DNA of 64,000 nt from Trichormus sp. ATA11-4-KO1 (GCA_019358915.1 JAHHIM010000065.1:192001-256000); one strand, 5' to 3'. Positions 42,967-53,787 are shown, counted from the first letter of the stretch. Notes: generated from the sequence alone by a model not told the origin. Numbers and translations are program-made.

Positions 42967-43890
42967 ATGAGAGATTCGTGGAAGCAATGGCTGACAAACC
43001 TGGGATGGTCACAGTCCTTGCTGCTTGGGACTCTGGATATCGTGTTAGTACTGGCGCTGACGTACATGATACTAGTTATCATTAGTGAGCGCCGGACATT
43101 ATGGATGGTGCGGGGATTTATTATTTTGATGCTAGCCTCAGCACTCAGTGGCAGAATGGGTTTACCACTACTAAATTTTGTTTTGGAAAAGCTGGTGATT
43201 GGCTGCGCTGTAGCGATGGCAGTTGCTCTACAGTCAGAGTTTCGCCGATTTTTGGAGCAAGTAGGACGTGGTGAATTCCAACAGTTGTTTAAACCATCCA
43301 ATCTCACAATCCCCAAGTCTGATAGTGTAATTGATGAAATTGTGGATGCGGTTAAAGAACTCTCGAAAAACCGAATAGGAGCTTTGCTGATTTTGGAAAC
43401 AACTGGCCCGATTGACGAGCGGGATTTTTCCGTACCTGGAGTTAAGCTGAATGCTGACGTTTCTAAGGAACTAATACAAACAATTTTCCAGCCGAAAACT
43501 TTACTACACGATGGGGCGACGTTGATTCGTGGCTCGCGTATTGTTTCATCAGGTATAATTTTACCACTTTCGGAACGCACAGCCTCGCGCCAGTTGGGAA
43601 CACGCCATCGGGCAGCAATGGGAATTACTGAGCGGGTCAAAAATTGCATCTGTGTCGTTGTATCAGAAGAAACGGGTTCTATTTCCTTAGCGGAAAGGGG
43701 AACCCTAAATAGACCACTGACGATTAGGACGCTGAAAGAGTCATTAGAGGCTCGATTATCGCCAACAGTAGATCGGGAAGCTGTTGCTCCAGGTTTATTC
43801 ATTTTGGGTCGTCAGATGGGTGGTAAGGCACTAGTACTTGTTTCACGTTTACTCGGTTTACCATCGACCGCTTCTCGAAATAAAAAATGA
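42967..43890 (+). CDS. cdaA: diadenylate cyclase
   Basis: LHDGA, GTRHRAA and VVSEETG; three N-terminal TM helices. Confidence 0.95.
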   Translation: MRDSWKQWLTNLGWSQSLLLGTLDIVLVLALTYMILVIISERRTLWMVRGFIILMLASALSGRMGLPLLNFVLEKLVIGCAVAMAVALQSEFRRFLEQVGRGEFQQLFKPSNLTIPKSDSVIDEIVDAVKELSKNRIGALLILETTGPIDERDFSVPGVKLNADVSKELIQTIFQPKTLLHDGATLIRGSRIVSSGIILPLSERTASRQLGTRHRAAMGITERVKNCICVVVSEETGSISLAERGTLNRPLTIRTLKESLEARLSPTVDREAVAPGLFILGRQMGGKALVLVSRLLGLPSTASRNKK

Positions 43891-44636
43891 CAGCACAACC
43901 AACTGAACTGCAATATTTGCCCCCTGACTTGAAACGAGAACTACTGCCAAAGCACGTTGCAGTGATTATGGATGGCAATGGTCGATGGGCTAAACGTCAA
44001 GGTCTACCCAGAATTATGGGACATAAGCGAGGAGTTGATGCCCTGAAGGATTTGCTGCGCTGTTGTAGAGATTGGGGCATTCAGGCACTAACGGCTTATG
44101 CTTTTTCCACTGAGAATTGGAAAAGACCCCAGGAAGAAGTAGATTTTTTAATGACTCTGTTTCAAAGGGTTTTGCGCCAAGAATTGCGGGAAATGGTTGA
44201 GGAAAATGTGCAAATTCAGTTTGTGGGAAATTTGCCAGCTTTGCCATTATCGCTCCAACAGGAAATTTCCCGTTCTATGGCAGAAACTCAGCATAATCGT
44301 GGTATTCGGTTTTCTGTGGCCACAAATTATGGCGGACGCCAGGAAATTTTACAAGCTTGCCGGGCGATCGCCCAAAAAGTGCAGCAAGGTGTCCTCAAAC
44401 CTGATGAAATTGATGAAGAGTTATTTGAGCGCCACTTGTACACAGCCGGAATTACTGACCCAGATTTATTAATCCGTACCAGTGGCGAAATGCGGCTTTC
44501 TAATTTCCTCCTTTGGCAAATGGCTTATGGGGAAATTTATATCACTGATACTCTTTGGCCAGATTTTGACCGCAATGAATTTCACCGCGCCTTGTGTGCC
44601 TATCAGCAAAGAGAGCGGAGATTTGGGAAAATTTGA
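43887..44636 (+). CDS. uppS: isoprenyl transferase (undecaprenyl diphosphate synthase)
   Basis: [17 protein letters not shown] and [15 protein letters not shown]. Confidence 0.96.
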   Translation: MTAQPTELQYLPPDLKRELLPKHVAVIMDGNGRWAKRQGLPRIMGHKRGVDALKDLLRCCRDWGIQALTAYAFSTENWKRPQEEVDFLMTLFQRVLRQELREMVEENVQIQFVGNLPALPLSLQQEISRSMAETQHNRGIRFSVATNYGGRQEILQACRAIAQKVQQGVLKPDEIDEELFERHLYTAGITDPDLLIRTSGEMRLSNFLLWQMAYGEIYITDTLWPDFDRNEFHRALCAYQQRERRFGKI

Positions 44637-44647
44637 AGAATTAAACA

Positions 44648-44842
44648 TAGGACTTACGCAAAATTTGCCAAAAAGCTGAATTTATCAAACCGCCCTTCTC
44701 CTGTCGGAGACGCTACGCGAACGGGTTCACCAGTCGCCTAGGTTGGGAGACCCGCCTACAGCGCTGGTTCACCAAGGCGCCCGCGCGCAGCGATCGTCAG
44801 GGCTGTAGACGCCAAGAATTCGTTGAGTGTGCGTAAGTCCTA
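44648..44842. mobile_element. MITE with GGACTTACGCA TIRs, expanded by nested small repeats
   Basis: Same ends and subterminal sequence as the 84-bp copy at 53788-53871, plus about 110 bp of GC-rich inserts. Confidence 0.8.
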
Positions 44843-44879
44843 AAAAATTTTTAATTTTTAATTCTTAATTTTTAATTGT

Positions 44880-45152
44880 TTACGGGCCAGAAAACACGGC
44901 TTCTTCTATATCTTCCCGGCTAAGAGAATACTTAAATGAGCGTTGAATATCTTGCCCATTTTCCCCAGATTGGACATATCGCACGATGATTTGCTCAATA
45001 TCGAGCCAAATTTCAGCTTCCCAAGTAGGGCGCTGCACACGCCAGCAATGCAGCTGTGTTTCATCTTGTTGACATCCTTGGTCTTTTAACCATTGCTCTA
45101 TTTGCGGTAGTGGATGACTATATAGGGGGGTATCTGAGGAAAGAATAGACAT
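44880..45152 (-). CDS. DUF3143-like cyanobacterial protein
   Basis: TPLYSHPLPQIEQWL and RSFKYSLSREDIEEAVFSGP. Confidence 0.8.
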   Translation of the reverse strand: MSILSSDTPLYSHPLPQIEQWLKDQGCQQDETQLHCWRVQRPTWEAEIWLDIEQIIVRYVQSGENGQDIQRSFKYSLSREDIEEAVFSGP

Positions 45153-45164
45153 AGGAATTATGGA

Positions 45165-45740
45165 TTAAATAATTTTTGAGGGAAAATTTTTAATTTCCCA
45201 AAAAGTTGTTGATGTTGACAGGTGGCTAATCTGTCTGTTGACTGTGAAAGTTGGTTGTAGCAATTGCGTCTGGAAAGCAGCTTCACCACGAGTTAAGCCT
45301 ATGGCGATCGCTAGCAGCAGACAACCTACAAAGGTTAATACCAAAATAAATACAGCAAAAATTTCACCAGATGAGAGCGGGCGATCGCTTGCGTCTAGAT
45401 AAGCCGATTTCGACCATTTGGGTGCACGGGAAACAGGACGATTTAAGTCAGATGGTGGTTGAATTACCGTAAATCGGTAATAGCGAATTTTTTGGTCATA
45501 GCTTTGTCGCCGTTCTGGGCTGCTAAGGGTGGCGTAGGCTTCGTTAAGTTGCTGAAATTTAGTAGTGGCGACGGCAGTAGGCAAATCTGTAGTATCAGGA
45601 TGATAGCGTTTACTTAGTTCCCGATAAGCGCGACGAATTTCTATTACTGATGCTGAGGGATGTAGTCCTAGCAGGGAGTAATAAGTGGGTTCACTGCATT
45701 TTGGCATTGCCCCATTGTGATTCACGGCTGTTTGAGTCAC
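45165..45740 (-). CDS. J-domain protein with C-terminal TM helix
   Basis: YYSLLGL...YHPD...LNEAY and DRPLSSGE followed by a TM segment. Confidence 0.9.
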   Translation of the reverse strand: MTQTAVNHNGAMPKCSEPTYYSLLGLHPSASVIEIRRAYRELSKRYHPDTTDLPTAVATTKFQQLNEAYATLSSPERRQSYDQKIRYYRFTVIQPPSDLNRPVSRAPKWSKSAYLDASDRPLSSGEIFAVFILVLTFVGCLLLAIAIGLTRGEAAFQTQLLQPTFTVNRQISHLSTSTTFWEIKNFPSKII

Positions 45741-45864
45741 CTTGCAATCGAGTTTTTTTTATATTGTAAACCCCCTGAACCTACGTCAGGTGAACTGTCT
45801 GTGTCTTGCTGAAGCTGATAATCTTTGTGGAAAACTATCAAGCTGCTGATGCAATCAATATTGA

Positions 45865-45980
45865 TAGGACTTACGCAAGAACTCTCTGAAACCCTCTTTT
45901 CTTCTGCTCTTTGTGTCCTTCGTGGTATGCGCTGCGCGCACGCTTCACGAACGTTTTTTCATGATTTTGCGTAAGTCCTG
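45865..45980. mobile_element. MITE with GGACTTACGCA TIRs and ATTGA target duplication, at the edge of a higB remnant
   Basis: attga|TAGGACTTACGCA...TGCGTAAGTCCTG|attga. Confidence 0.8.
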
Positions 45981-45981
45981 A

Positions 45982-46056
45982 TTGATTTACATCAAACATA
46001 TTCTTACTTATGCTAAATATGATCAGGAGGAATGGAAAAATGACCCTTATTTTTAA
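45982..46056 (+). pseudogene. higB: C-terminal remnant of a HigB toxin
   Basis: Translates as LIYIKHILTYAKYDQEEWKNDPYF* and overlaps the higA start, as in intact higBA pairs. Confidence 0.75.
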
Positions 46057-46441
46057 TCAAGATAAATATAAAGAATTATTAATTAAATATCAACCAAAGT
46101 TAATTAAAAATGAAGCAGAAAATGAAAAGGCTTTGGCTATAGTTGAAGAACTGATGTATATTCAAAATCGTAGTCCAGAAGAAAATGAACTTTATGAACT
46201 GCTAATTACGTTAATTGAAAAATTTGAACAAGAATACTATTCACCAGGTAAAGAATCTACACCTCATTCTATGTTGCTTTTTTTGATGGAGCAAAAGAAT
46301 TTACAACAGTCAGATTTAGTAGATATTTTTGGTTCTAATAATATTGTCTTGGAAGTTATGAATGGTCAGCGAGAGATTAGCAGATCCCAAGCTCAGGCTT
46401 TAAGTGATGTTTTTCATGTTGACCCTGGTGTGTTTATTTAA
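46040..46441 (+). CDS. higA: HigA-like HTH antitoxin
   Basis: PKLIKNEAENEKAL, LITLIEKFEQ and HTH region LMEQKNLQQSDLVDIFGS..EVMNGQR. Confidence 0.85.
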   Translation: MTLIFNQDKYKELLIKYQPKLIKNEAENEKALAIVEELMYIQNRSPEENELYELLITLIEKFEQEYYSPGKESTPHSMLLFLMEQKNLQQSDLVDIFGSNNIVLEVMNGQREISRSQAQALSDVFHVDPGVFI

Positions 46442-46606
46442 TTTATTTTTCTATAAAAAAGAAAAACGCAGAGAAGGCGAAATTTTGGTACCATTTGTGA
46501 ATTTGTGATGAGCTTTTACCTTACTCAGTGCTGAGTGCTGAGTGCTGAGTGCTGAGTCAAAAGAAGAAGGAAGGACTTTCGCACTGCACTCTTCATCACT
46601 TACCAT

Positions 46607-46864
46607 TTAGCTTTCATCACCATAATCTAATCTATGCCGAATATCCAAAATCAGGACAATTTTCTGTCCATCTTGAACTTCGTAAATCACACGATAATCA
46701 TCAACATATATACGCCATCCTTCAGTACCCGATACTCTTAGAGCATTTGCAGGTATAGGTGTTGCTGCAAGAGCATCAATCTGTCTCCCGACTTCTCTTT
46801 GAGTAGGCTCAAATAAATTTAGGAACTGGTGATTAGCTTTGGGAAAAATCCAAATAGTATACAT
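46607..46864 (-). CDS. RelE/ParE-family toxin
   Basis: GWRIYVDDYRVIYEVQD..VLILDIRHR; GGAG RBS overlaps the upstream CHAT stop. Confidence 0.82.
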   Translation of the reverse strand: MYTIWIFPKANHQFLNLFEPTQREVGRQIDALAATPIPANALRVSGTEGWRIYVDDYRVIYEVQDGQKIVLILDIRHRLDYGDES

Positions 46865-46872
46865 CAATGCTC

Positions 46873-47712
46873 CTATTTAATTTGAGAATAGAAGCGAATA
46901 GGCTCATCTTTTGAAGCTTTAGCAGCTTGATAGGCATGAATGGCAGCCAATTCTTCCAAAACTGCTTGCTCAACTTGAATAGCCTTACCTCCAGAAGCCT
47001 TGGCAGCTTTATGGACGTTATGGGATTTGAGTTTTTCCTGAAATCTTGGATCGAATGGAAATGGAATGGCATCGTCTATACAAGTCTTAGCTTGTTTATA
47101 GACATAAATAGCTCTCCATTCTTCCAAAATTATTTTCGGATTCTTTATCAGATGTGGGATTTGGTAGTTGGGAATAGGTGAAAACTGAAGCGCATTCCGA
47201 GCCATGTTGAAAGCGAACTCAATAGGCGAACCTGCACAAAATGCGGGGTGATATCCTGCTAGACCATCATAAAAGCCAACAGCAAAAGCGATCGCAGCGT
47301 CGTCCGCAATCGAATCATCCATGCCAATTACGTAGTTTACATTTTGGGCAATTGCCTCTGCTTGAAAACTCGAATAACAGGCATTGAGAATCACACATTC
47401 TCTTGGTTGAGAAAACAGACCAAATAATCCAGCTAATGCGTCTCCTGATACTAGCTGTTCTTTTCCTGTTTCATCTTCCAGAATTAATCCGTGCTTTCCT
47501 GCGCCATGTCCAGAAAAGTGGACTATATCTGGTTGACAGTCTAACAAAGCGCGACGAATATCTCTCGGACGAACTGCCCACCTCTGCTCCAAGATAAAAT
47601 TATCCCGATACTTAGATCGCCTCAAGGCATCCTCAATTTCTCGCACTTCCCGTCCTAACCCTAGCCGTGCTGTTTGGCTGGGATTTGCAGCCAAAAACAA
47701 GATTTTTTTCAT
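46873..47712 (-). CDS. CHAT (caspase-like) protease domain fused to three antitoxin-like repeats
   Basis: MKKILFLAANP, VHFSGHG (His) and VILNACYS (Cys); three 22-aa repeats at the C-terminus. Confidence 0.88.
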   Translation of the reverse strand: MKKILFLAANPSQTARLGLGREVREIEDALRRSKYRDNFILEQRWAVRPRDIRRALLDCQPDIVHFSGHGAGKHGLILEDETGKEQLVSGDALAGLFGLFSQPRECVILNACYSSFQAEAIAQNVNYVIGMDDSIADDAAIAFAVGFYDGLAGYHPAFCAGSPIEFAFNMARNALQFSPIPNYQIPHLIKNPKIILEEWRAIYVYKQAKTCIDDAIPFPFDPRFQEKLKSHNVHKAAKASGGKAIQVEQAVLEELAAIHAYQAAKASKDEPIRFYSQIK

Positions 47713-47983
47713 CTAATTAAGTTTGTGCAGGGTGAATATCAGCTGCTTTACCCCCCCTTCTATCATTCTCTTGAGATGAAAACTGTAATCTTGATGTCAA
47801 AGGATTTTTACTTATTAAGAAAGCCTTCAACAAATATTTAGAAAAAATTATCTATAAGTAGCTAAAAAATTTAGTACATCTAAAAATGAACAAAGAAAAG
47901 CAATAAAAAATAAATTAAGTAGAAATGCTTAATTATGTGTAAGATGTGTAATTCTCTCAATAAAGCATTAAATCCTTGACCAG

Positions 47984-48014
47984 CATGGGTTAGCGTAGCA
48001 TAACCCATCCTACG
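47984..48014. repeat. REP-like palindrome
   Basis: ATGGGTTA-GCGTAGCA-TAACCCAT followed by CCTAC (GTAG-type end on the minus strand). Confidence 0.55.
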
Positions 48015-48088
48015 TTTAATTCAACTCACTTACTTAAATGGGCTATTGTGACTGAGGCTAAAATAAGCATGAAGCGAGTTCAGAAAAT

Positions 48089-48319
48089 ATGACTAACATA
48101 TCTATCATCGACGAAGTAATCGAGCAATTAAGAGCTATGCCGCAGCACTTACAATGGCAGGTATTAGAGTTTGCCCAATCACTGGCCAAATCTCAAGTCC
48201 GAGGGACGCCAGGAAAACATCTGCTGCGGTTTGCAGGTTCAATACCACCTGAAGACCTGCAATTAATACGTGAAGTAATTGAGCAAGACTGTGAACAGGT
48301 AGACATCAATGAATGGTAG
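48089..48319 (+). CDS. putative VapB-like antitoxin
   Basis: GTPGKHLLRFAGSI and CEQVDINEW; overlaps the PIN start. Confidence 0.75.
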   Translation: MTNISIIDEVIEQLRAMPQHLQWQVLEFAQSLAKSQVRGTPGKHLLRFAGSIPPEDLQLIREVIEQDCEQVDINEW

Positions 48320-48356
48320 GTACTTGCTGGATACCAATATCATCATTGCTCTCTTT
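48309..48356 (+). pseudogene. 16-codon VapC/PIN N-terminal stub
   Basis: MNGRYLLDTNIIIALF, then runs directly into the dnaJ stop region. Confidence 0.75.
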
Positions 48357-48359
48357 TAT

Positions 48360-49361
48360 TTAACGCAACAAATCAGCGCGGGGTTTAAAGGTTTCAATTT
48401 GTTTAATTTTTTCGTATAATTCTCGTTCTTCAGGACTAATCTCTTTGGGTGTAACTATCTGAATTTCTACTAATTGATCGCCACGTTGACCGTTATCGTT
48501 GGGGTAGCCTTTATTGGCGAGGCGGAATCGTTGACCAGACCTAACTCCTGGTGGGATTGTCATTTTTACTGGGCCATCCAGAGTTGGTGCTTCTACCTGT
48601 CCTCCCAAAACTGCTTCACTGGGAGTCACTGGTACTTGGCAGAATATATTGGCACCTTCTAGCTTAAATAAGGAATGAGGCTCGACGGTAATTTTTAGGT
48701 ATAAGTCGCCGCCACCAATACCTTGGTTTCGCAGACGGATAGTTTGACCTGTTACCATACCTGGGGGCATAGTCACTTCTAGCGATCGCCCGTCTTCGAG
48801 GCGGATGCGTTCGTTACCACCTTGATAAGCTTTTTCTAGTGGTAGGGTTAATCTAGCTTCAATATCTCGACGAACGGGGCGTGGGGGATTTTTCGGTACG
48901 GTATATTCAACTCTGCTTTTCGGGGAACGAAATGGATCTTTACTTGTGCTGCTACTACCTCCATTTCTGCTATCTTTGCGCGCACCACCTACACCAATAA
49001 CTTGATTAATAAAGCTTTCAAAATCGGAAAATTGGCTGGGATCTACTTCCTGAGTGCTATTACGACCATTTGCGGCACCTGACCAGCTTTTAGGCTTGGG
49101 TGCCTTGTTACTGACAAAGCCTTTTTGTTTCCAGTAGCGACTAAACTGATCGTACTGCGATCGCCTGGCTGTGTCGGAAAGGACTTCGTAAGCCTCACCG
49201 ATATCTTTAAATTTTTCTTCTGCTGACTTATTTCCGGGATTGAGGTCGGGGTGGTACTGCCTTGCTAACCGCCGATAAACCTTTTTTATTTCCTCACCGG
49301 AGGCATCCTTAGGTACTCCTAAAATTTCGTAGTAATCGCGAAAATTCTGCAAATTTTGCAT
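48360..49361 (-). CDS. dnaJ: DnaJ-class chaperone (J domain + C-terminal domain, no Zn finger)
   Basis: [19 protein letters not shown] and [10 protein letters not shown]. Confidence 0.92.
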   Translation of the reverse strand: MQNLQNFRDYYEILGVPKDASGEEIKKVYRRLARQYHPDLNPGNKSAEEKFKDIGEAYEVLSDTARRSQYDQFSRYWKQKGFVSNKAPKPKSWSGAANGRNSTQEVDPSQFSDFESFINQVIGVGGARKDSRNGGSSSTSKDPFRSPKSRVEYTVPKNPPRPVRRDIEARLTLPLEKAYQGGNERIRLEDGRSLEVTMPPGMVTGQTIRLRNQGIGGGDLYLKITVEPHSLFKLEGANIFCQVPVTPSEAVLGGQVEAPTLDGPVKMTIPPGVRSGQRFRLANKGYPNDNGQRGDQLVEIQIVTPKEISPEERELYEKIKQIETFKPRADLLR

Positions 49362-49446
49362 AGTTCAGTTTATTTAACTTTAAATTTAGATTTTGGTAAT
49401 AGGGACAAGGGGATAGAGGAATCAGGGAGCAACTAATGACTAATGA

Positions 49447-51525
49447 TTACAACCAATCATCTTCATCATCCCAGTTATCTTGGTAGCTGGGACGAGACGA
49501 TTTGCGAGCAGAACGGTTGTCGTAGGATGGGTAACGGCTATCTCTGCCATAGTCTCTGTCGTAGTCTTTGCCATAATCTTTGCCGTAGGAATCACGTTCT
49601 CGATATGAATCTCGGGAAAAATCGCGTTCCCGTTCCCGTTCTTTTTCTTTGTCACCACCGGTAAAAATGTCCCGAATAGTACCAAACAAGTCTTCGTCTT
49701 CATCTTCAGCGTAATACTCGCGGACTTCCCGGTTTAGTTCATATAAAGCATCTTGTAAGTCGGCATAGGCTTGATCAATGCCGCGATCGTCGTTTTCTTG
49801 TAAACTTTCTTTCAGTTCCCGGCAAATACTATCAATTCGCTGGCGGCGGCTGCGGGCAAACTGCATACCAAATTCTAGTGCTATTTCTCGCAGTTGTCGT
49901 TCTGCTTGTAAAATCAAAGCTTCTGAACGAGTGCGCTTTTCTACTCTTTCTTTGCGTTCGCGATCGACATCGGCGTATTTTTGGGCGTCCTGAATCATGC
50001 GATTCACTTCTGATTCGCTTAAGGTAGAAGCACCTTGAATTGTAATACTTTGTTCTCGTCCGGTAGTTCTATCTAAGGCTGTTACCTGCAAAATCCCGTT
50101 AGCATCGATATCAAAGGATACTTGAACCTGGGGAATGCCTCGTGGTGCTGGGGGGATGCCATAAAGCTTAAATCTTCCTAGGGACTTATTATTGGATGCC
50201 ATGTCCCGTTCACCCTGGACTACATGAATTTCCACGGTGTTTTGGTTATTTTCTGAAGTGGAAAAAATGTCAGAACGGCGGACGGGGATGGTAGTGTTGC
50301 GGGGAATCAATTTTTTCATCACACCGCCGATGGTTTCCAATCCCAAAGATAAAGGTGTCACATCCAAAAGCAGCACATCTTTGAGTTCACCTGCGAGAAT
50401 GCCTGCTTGAATGGCTGCACCCACGGCTACCACTTCATCAGGATTGACATTTTCGTTAGGTTCTATCCCAATTAAGTCGCGTACTAGCTGCTTCACCATT
50501 GGCATCCGTGTAGAACCGCCCACTAATACCACTTCTTCAATGTCTACGGGTGACAATCCAGCATCTTTTAATGCCCGTTTGACTGGTGTGCGTATCCGTC
50601 CTACTAAGTCAACGCACAAACCCTCAAATTGGGAACGAGTCAGGCGGGTTTCTAGATGCTTGGGGCCATCTTCCGTAGCAGTGATAAAAGGTAAATTAAT
50701 ATCGGTGACGCTGACAGCCGAAAGTTCAATTTTGGCTTTTTCTGCGGCTTCCATCAATCGTTGCAGTGCTTGGCGATCGCGTCTTAAGTCTACACCTTCA
50801 GCTTCCAGAAATTGCTGTGCCAACCAATCGACAATTTGTTTGTCAAAGTCATTACCACCTAGTTGCGTATCTCCACTGGTAGCTTTGACTTCAAATATGC
50901 CATCACCCACTTCTAAAATTGACACATCAAATGTGCCACCACCCAAGTCAAATACCAGGATAGTTTCAGTTGTACCCCGATCTAATCCATAAGCCAAAGA
51001 TGCAGCAGTTGGTTCATTGAGAATCCGCAACACTTCTAAACCGGCAATTCTGCCAGCATCACGGGTTGCCTGTCTTTGAGAATCATTAAAATAAGCGGGA
51101 ACTGTAATTACTGCCCCTGTGACTGGTTCACCCAAATAGCGGCTGGCATCCTCTGCCAATTTTTTCATCACCATTGCCGAAATTTCTTCTGGGGCGAAAT
51201 CCCGCTTGAGGCGAGGACAGGGAATTTTAATATTACCTAATTCGTCTTTGCGGATGGTGTAGGGTACACGCTTAGATTCCTGGCTCAGTTCACTATACTT
51301 GCGCCCAATGAAGCGTTTAACAGCAAAAAATGTATTTTGTGGGTTGAGGACGGTTTGTCGCCGTGCCATTTGCCCAACTACCCTTTCACCTTCTTTACTG
51401 AAGCCGACTACGGAGGGGGTTGTTCGCATTCCTTCCGCATTGGCAATCACCACCGGCTTGCCACCCTCCATCACGGCGACTACTGAGTTGGTTGTACCCA
51501 AGTCGATGCCGACTACCTTGCCCAT
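49447..51525 (-). CDS. dnaK: Hsp70 chaperone DnaK with long D/R/Y-rich tail
   Basis: [21 protein letters not shown] and [10 protein letters not shown]. Confidence 0.97.
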   Translation of the reverse strand: MGKVVGIDLGTTNSVVAVMEGGKPVVIANAEGMRTTPSVVGFSKEGERVVGQMARRQTVLNPQNTFFAVKRFIGRKYSELSQESKRVPYTIRKDELGNIKIPCPRLKRDFAPEEISAMVMKKLAEDASRYLGEPVTGAVITVPAYFNDSQRQATRDAGRIAGLEVLRILNEPTAASLAYGLDRGTTETILVFDLGGGTFDVSILEVGDGIFEVKATSGDTQLGGNDFDKQIVDWLAQQFLEAEGVDLRRDRQALQRLMEAAEKAKIELSAVSVTDINLPFITATEDGPKHLETRLTRSQFEGLCVDLVGRIRTPVKRALKDAGLSPVDIEEVVLVGGSTRMPMVKQLVRDLIGIEPNENVNPDEVVAVGAAIQAGILAGELKDVLLLDVTPLSLGLETIGGVMKKLIPRNTTIPVRRSDIFSTSENNQNTVEIHVVQGERDMASNNKSLGRFKLYGIPPAPRGIPQVQVSFDIDANGILQVTALDRTTGREQSITIQGASTLSESEVNRMIQDAQKYADVDRERKERVEKRTRSEALILQAERQLREIALEFGMQFARSRRQRIDSICRELKESLQENDDRGIDQAYADLQDALYELNREVREYYAEDEDEDLFGTIRDIFTGGDKEKERERERDFSRDSYRERDSYGKDYGKDYDRDYGRDSRYPSYDNRSARKSSRPSYQDNWDDEDDWL

Positions 51526-51841
51526 GCGTTACTCTTCTCCTAGCGTGTCTTGTACATTTATAATTAAACGGGACTACCTCTAGCTGTTTGCTATCGGATG
51601 AAAACACCTCAATATGATGATAGTCATCATGAAGAAAAGAAGTAGAGGAGCTTAAGCTTGAGGAGCTAGTTGCAAGACTAGGATAACATTGACAATGCTT
51701 CGTATGTCCAAGCAGCCTCAAATCTTATAGTCTAAATACTAAACCTCATTCTCTCTTAGAGTTGGGAAATCCACCCTCGTAAAAGTTGCTTTTCCCTTCT
51801 TCTTGACACAAGAATGCTAATATTGCAACTGATTTAAACAT

Positions 51842-52690
51842 TTGAATTTAAAAGAGCGATTACAAACTCATTTGAGGGAGATAGCGCGAGAACGCGATCC
51901 TTACATGGCGACAGCTGGGCATTTTTTTGTCCAAGAATATATCCGTCAACAATTTGCTCAATGGGGAAGTGTGGAAATCCACACCTTTCCAGTCAGCAGT
52001 AAAACCTATAGTAATTTCATCCTCGATTTACCCTCTCAAACTGCAACAAAAAAAGGGAATCTACCACCAATTTTAATTGCTGCCCATTATGATGCTGTAC
52101 CTGGAACACCAGGGGCAGATGATAATGCTACAGGTGTAGCAGTTTTGTTGGAATTAGCCAGAAAATTTGCTGCGGAACCAGCTAGATATCCTTTAAAGCT
52201 AGTGGCTTTCGATATGGAAGAGTATGGCTTGTTGGGTAGTACTGCATATGCAGCCTTGCTACATCAACAACAGCAACCACTACGCTTAATGATGTCTCTG
52301 GAAATGTTGGGGTATCGTAATTTTGCCCCTGGTTCTCAAAGTTATCCATCTCCTCTAGAACGCTTTTATCCCAATCGTGGCGACTTTATTGCTTTAATTG
52401 GTAATTTAAGGACAATTCGTGACTTAATCGGCATGAGTCAAAGTATTCGCCAAGTTGGTGTATCAAGTCAGTGGTTACCAGTACCAAATCGAGGTGTAAT
52501 TGTCCCTCAAACCAGACAAAGTGATCATGCACCGTTTTGGGATTTGGGTTATCCAGCAATGATGGTGACAGATACGGCGTTTTTAAGGAATCCCCATTAT
52601 CACAAATCTAGTGATGCGATCGCTACTTTAGATTTGGACTTTCTCACAGGCGTTTGTGAAGGTTTAGAACTTGCAATTCGGAAGTTGTAG
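51842..52690 (+). CDS. M28 family metallopeptidase
   Basis: AAHYD, GADDNATG, FDMEE, SDHAPFW and YH. Confidence 0.9.
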   Translation: MNLKERLQTHLREIARERDPYMATAGHFFVQEYIRQQFAQWGSVEIHTFPVSSKTYSNFILDLPSQTATKKGNLPPILIAAHYDAVPGTPGADDNATGVAVLLELARKFAAEPARYPLKLVAFDMEEYGLLGSTAYAALLHQQQQPLRLMMSLEMLGYRNFAPGSQSYPSPLERFYPNRGDFIALIGNLRTIRDLIGMSQSIRQVGVSSQWLPVPNRGVIVPQTRQSDHAPFWDLGYPAMMVTDTAFLRNPHYHKSSDAIATLDLDFLTGVCEGLELAIRKL

Positions 52691-52871
52691 GAATTTAGAA
52701 ACCATATCACTTGAGATTTTAGATGATGTTCGCGCAGCATCTAGTAAAACCCTTTCGGCAGTTCTAGAATCCCCCGAATTTAGCGCAAGCGGATTCGGGG
52801 GATGAGTCAAAATCACTAGATATTTCTGCCAAAGTGAGATACTCCCAAAACCATCTCGCCAAGTATCCGTT

Positions 52872-53585
52872 TTACAAAATAGAGTTCATTCCTAGACTTG
52901 CACGAATTTCACTAATTTGTACATCCCAATATTGATCCCATTTTTGAGCAATAAACTTACCTGAAGTCTGGGAACCTAGTCTGTAACCACGAGAAATTTC
53001 AGACATTAAATATTTGAATTTAGTTGGTTGATAAAGACTAATCATCACCAGGCCAAAACTCACAATCATTACACTGATGGGAATTGGTGTCTGACCAATT
53101 ACAAAAGCTTGCAGTCCAATTTCCCCAATTTCATCAGTATCAAATCCCGCAACTACATGATAAATATCATGGGTACTTCTCCAAAGCATTTTGAGATAGG
53201 AGATATCATCAACGACAGGAACTTTCTTGTAAAAGTAGGGATTGTAGCCTCTGGACTGAATTTTATGAGCATAAACATGACCTAAAGTACCTTCTGGAAG
53301 CTGACTTAATTCATCCAGATTAAAAGGAGCAGGAAGCCAGCGTTCTTTAAACAGGATGTTTACCTCAGGAATTTTTTTTAGCTCATCAACAGCTAGTTGA
53401 GCCATTTCTGTTTGATCAAGTGCGTCTTCAAAATCAAACACTGGATCAGTGCTACCATCTTCACTTTTTAGAGTACTAGATGCGAGAAATTGAATAATGT
53501 AGGTCAGGAGTCCTTTATCGGTGTTGCAGGTAATTACATTGACCATAGTGATTTTCTGTGTTGAAATATAGCTTTGCCAATTCAA
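52872..53585 (-). CDS. Coq4 family protein
   Basis: LPEGTLG and HDIYHVVAGF...GE (HDxxH...E); true start probably MVNVIT at about 53546. Confidence 0.8.
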   Translation of the reverse strand: MNWQSYISTQKITMVNVITCNTDKGLLTYIIQFLASSTLKSEDGSTDPVFDFEDALDQTEMAQLAVDELKKIPEVNILFKERWLPAPFNLDELSQLPEGTLGHVYAHKIQSRGYNPYFYKKVPVVDDISYLKMLWRSTHDIYHVVAGFDTDEIGEIGLQAFVIGQTPIPISVMIVSFGLVMISLYQPTKFKYLMSEISRGYRLGSQTSGKFIAQKWDQYWDVQISEIRASLGMNSIL

Positions 53586-53787
53586 ATTCGAGGTGCATTA
53601 GTTAGAATTTATGCTTTGCCAATAAAAAAAGAATAAGCCCTATTTAGTTGTGATAAAAATAATTCTACTTTTCATGGATCTTCAGAGGGATTCATGAATA
53701 CATAAATTGTTGTTTATTGAAAGATTGAAGTTAAATGCTCAATTTGACTTAATGTGTAAATTCAAGCTCAAAAATTCAGTAAATAAT

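Noticed and set aside
42933..43802. 289-aa ORF antisense to cdaA
   Set aside because: No recognisable motifs and Ser-rich shadow composition; treated as non-coding, although its length is notable.
49490..49650. DYG/RD repeats in the DnaK tail
   Set aside because: A low-complexity tail is typical of this cyanobacterial DnaK paralog.
50411..50992. 193-aa ORF antisense to dnaK
   Set aside because: Antisense open frames opposite hsp70 genes are a well-known codon-bias effect; no independent support.
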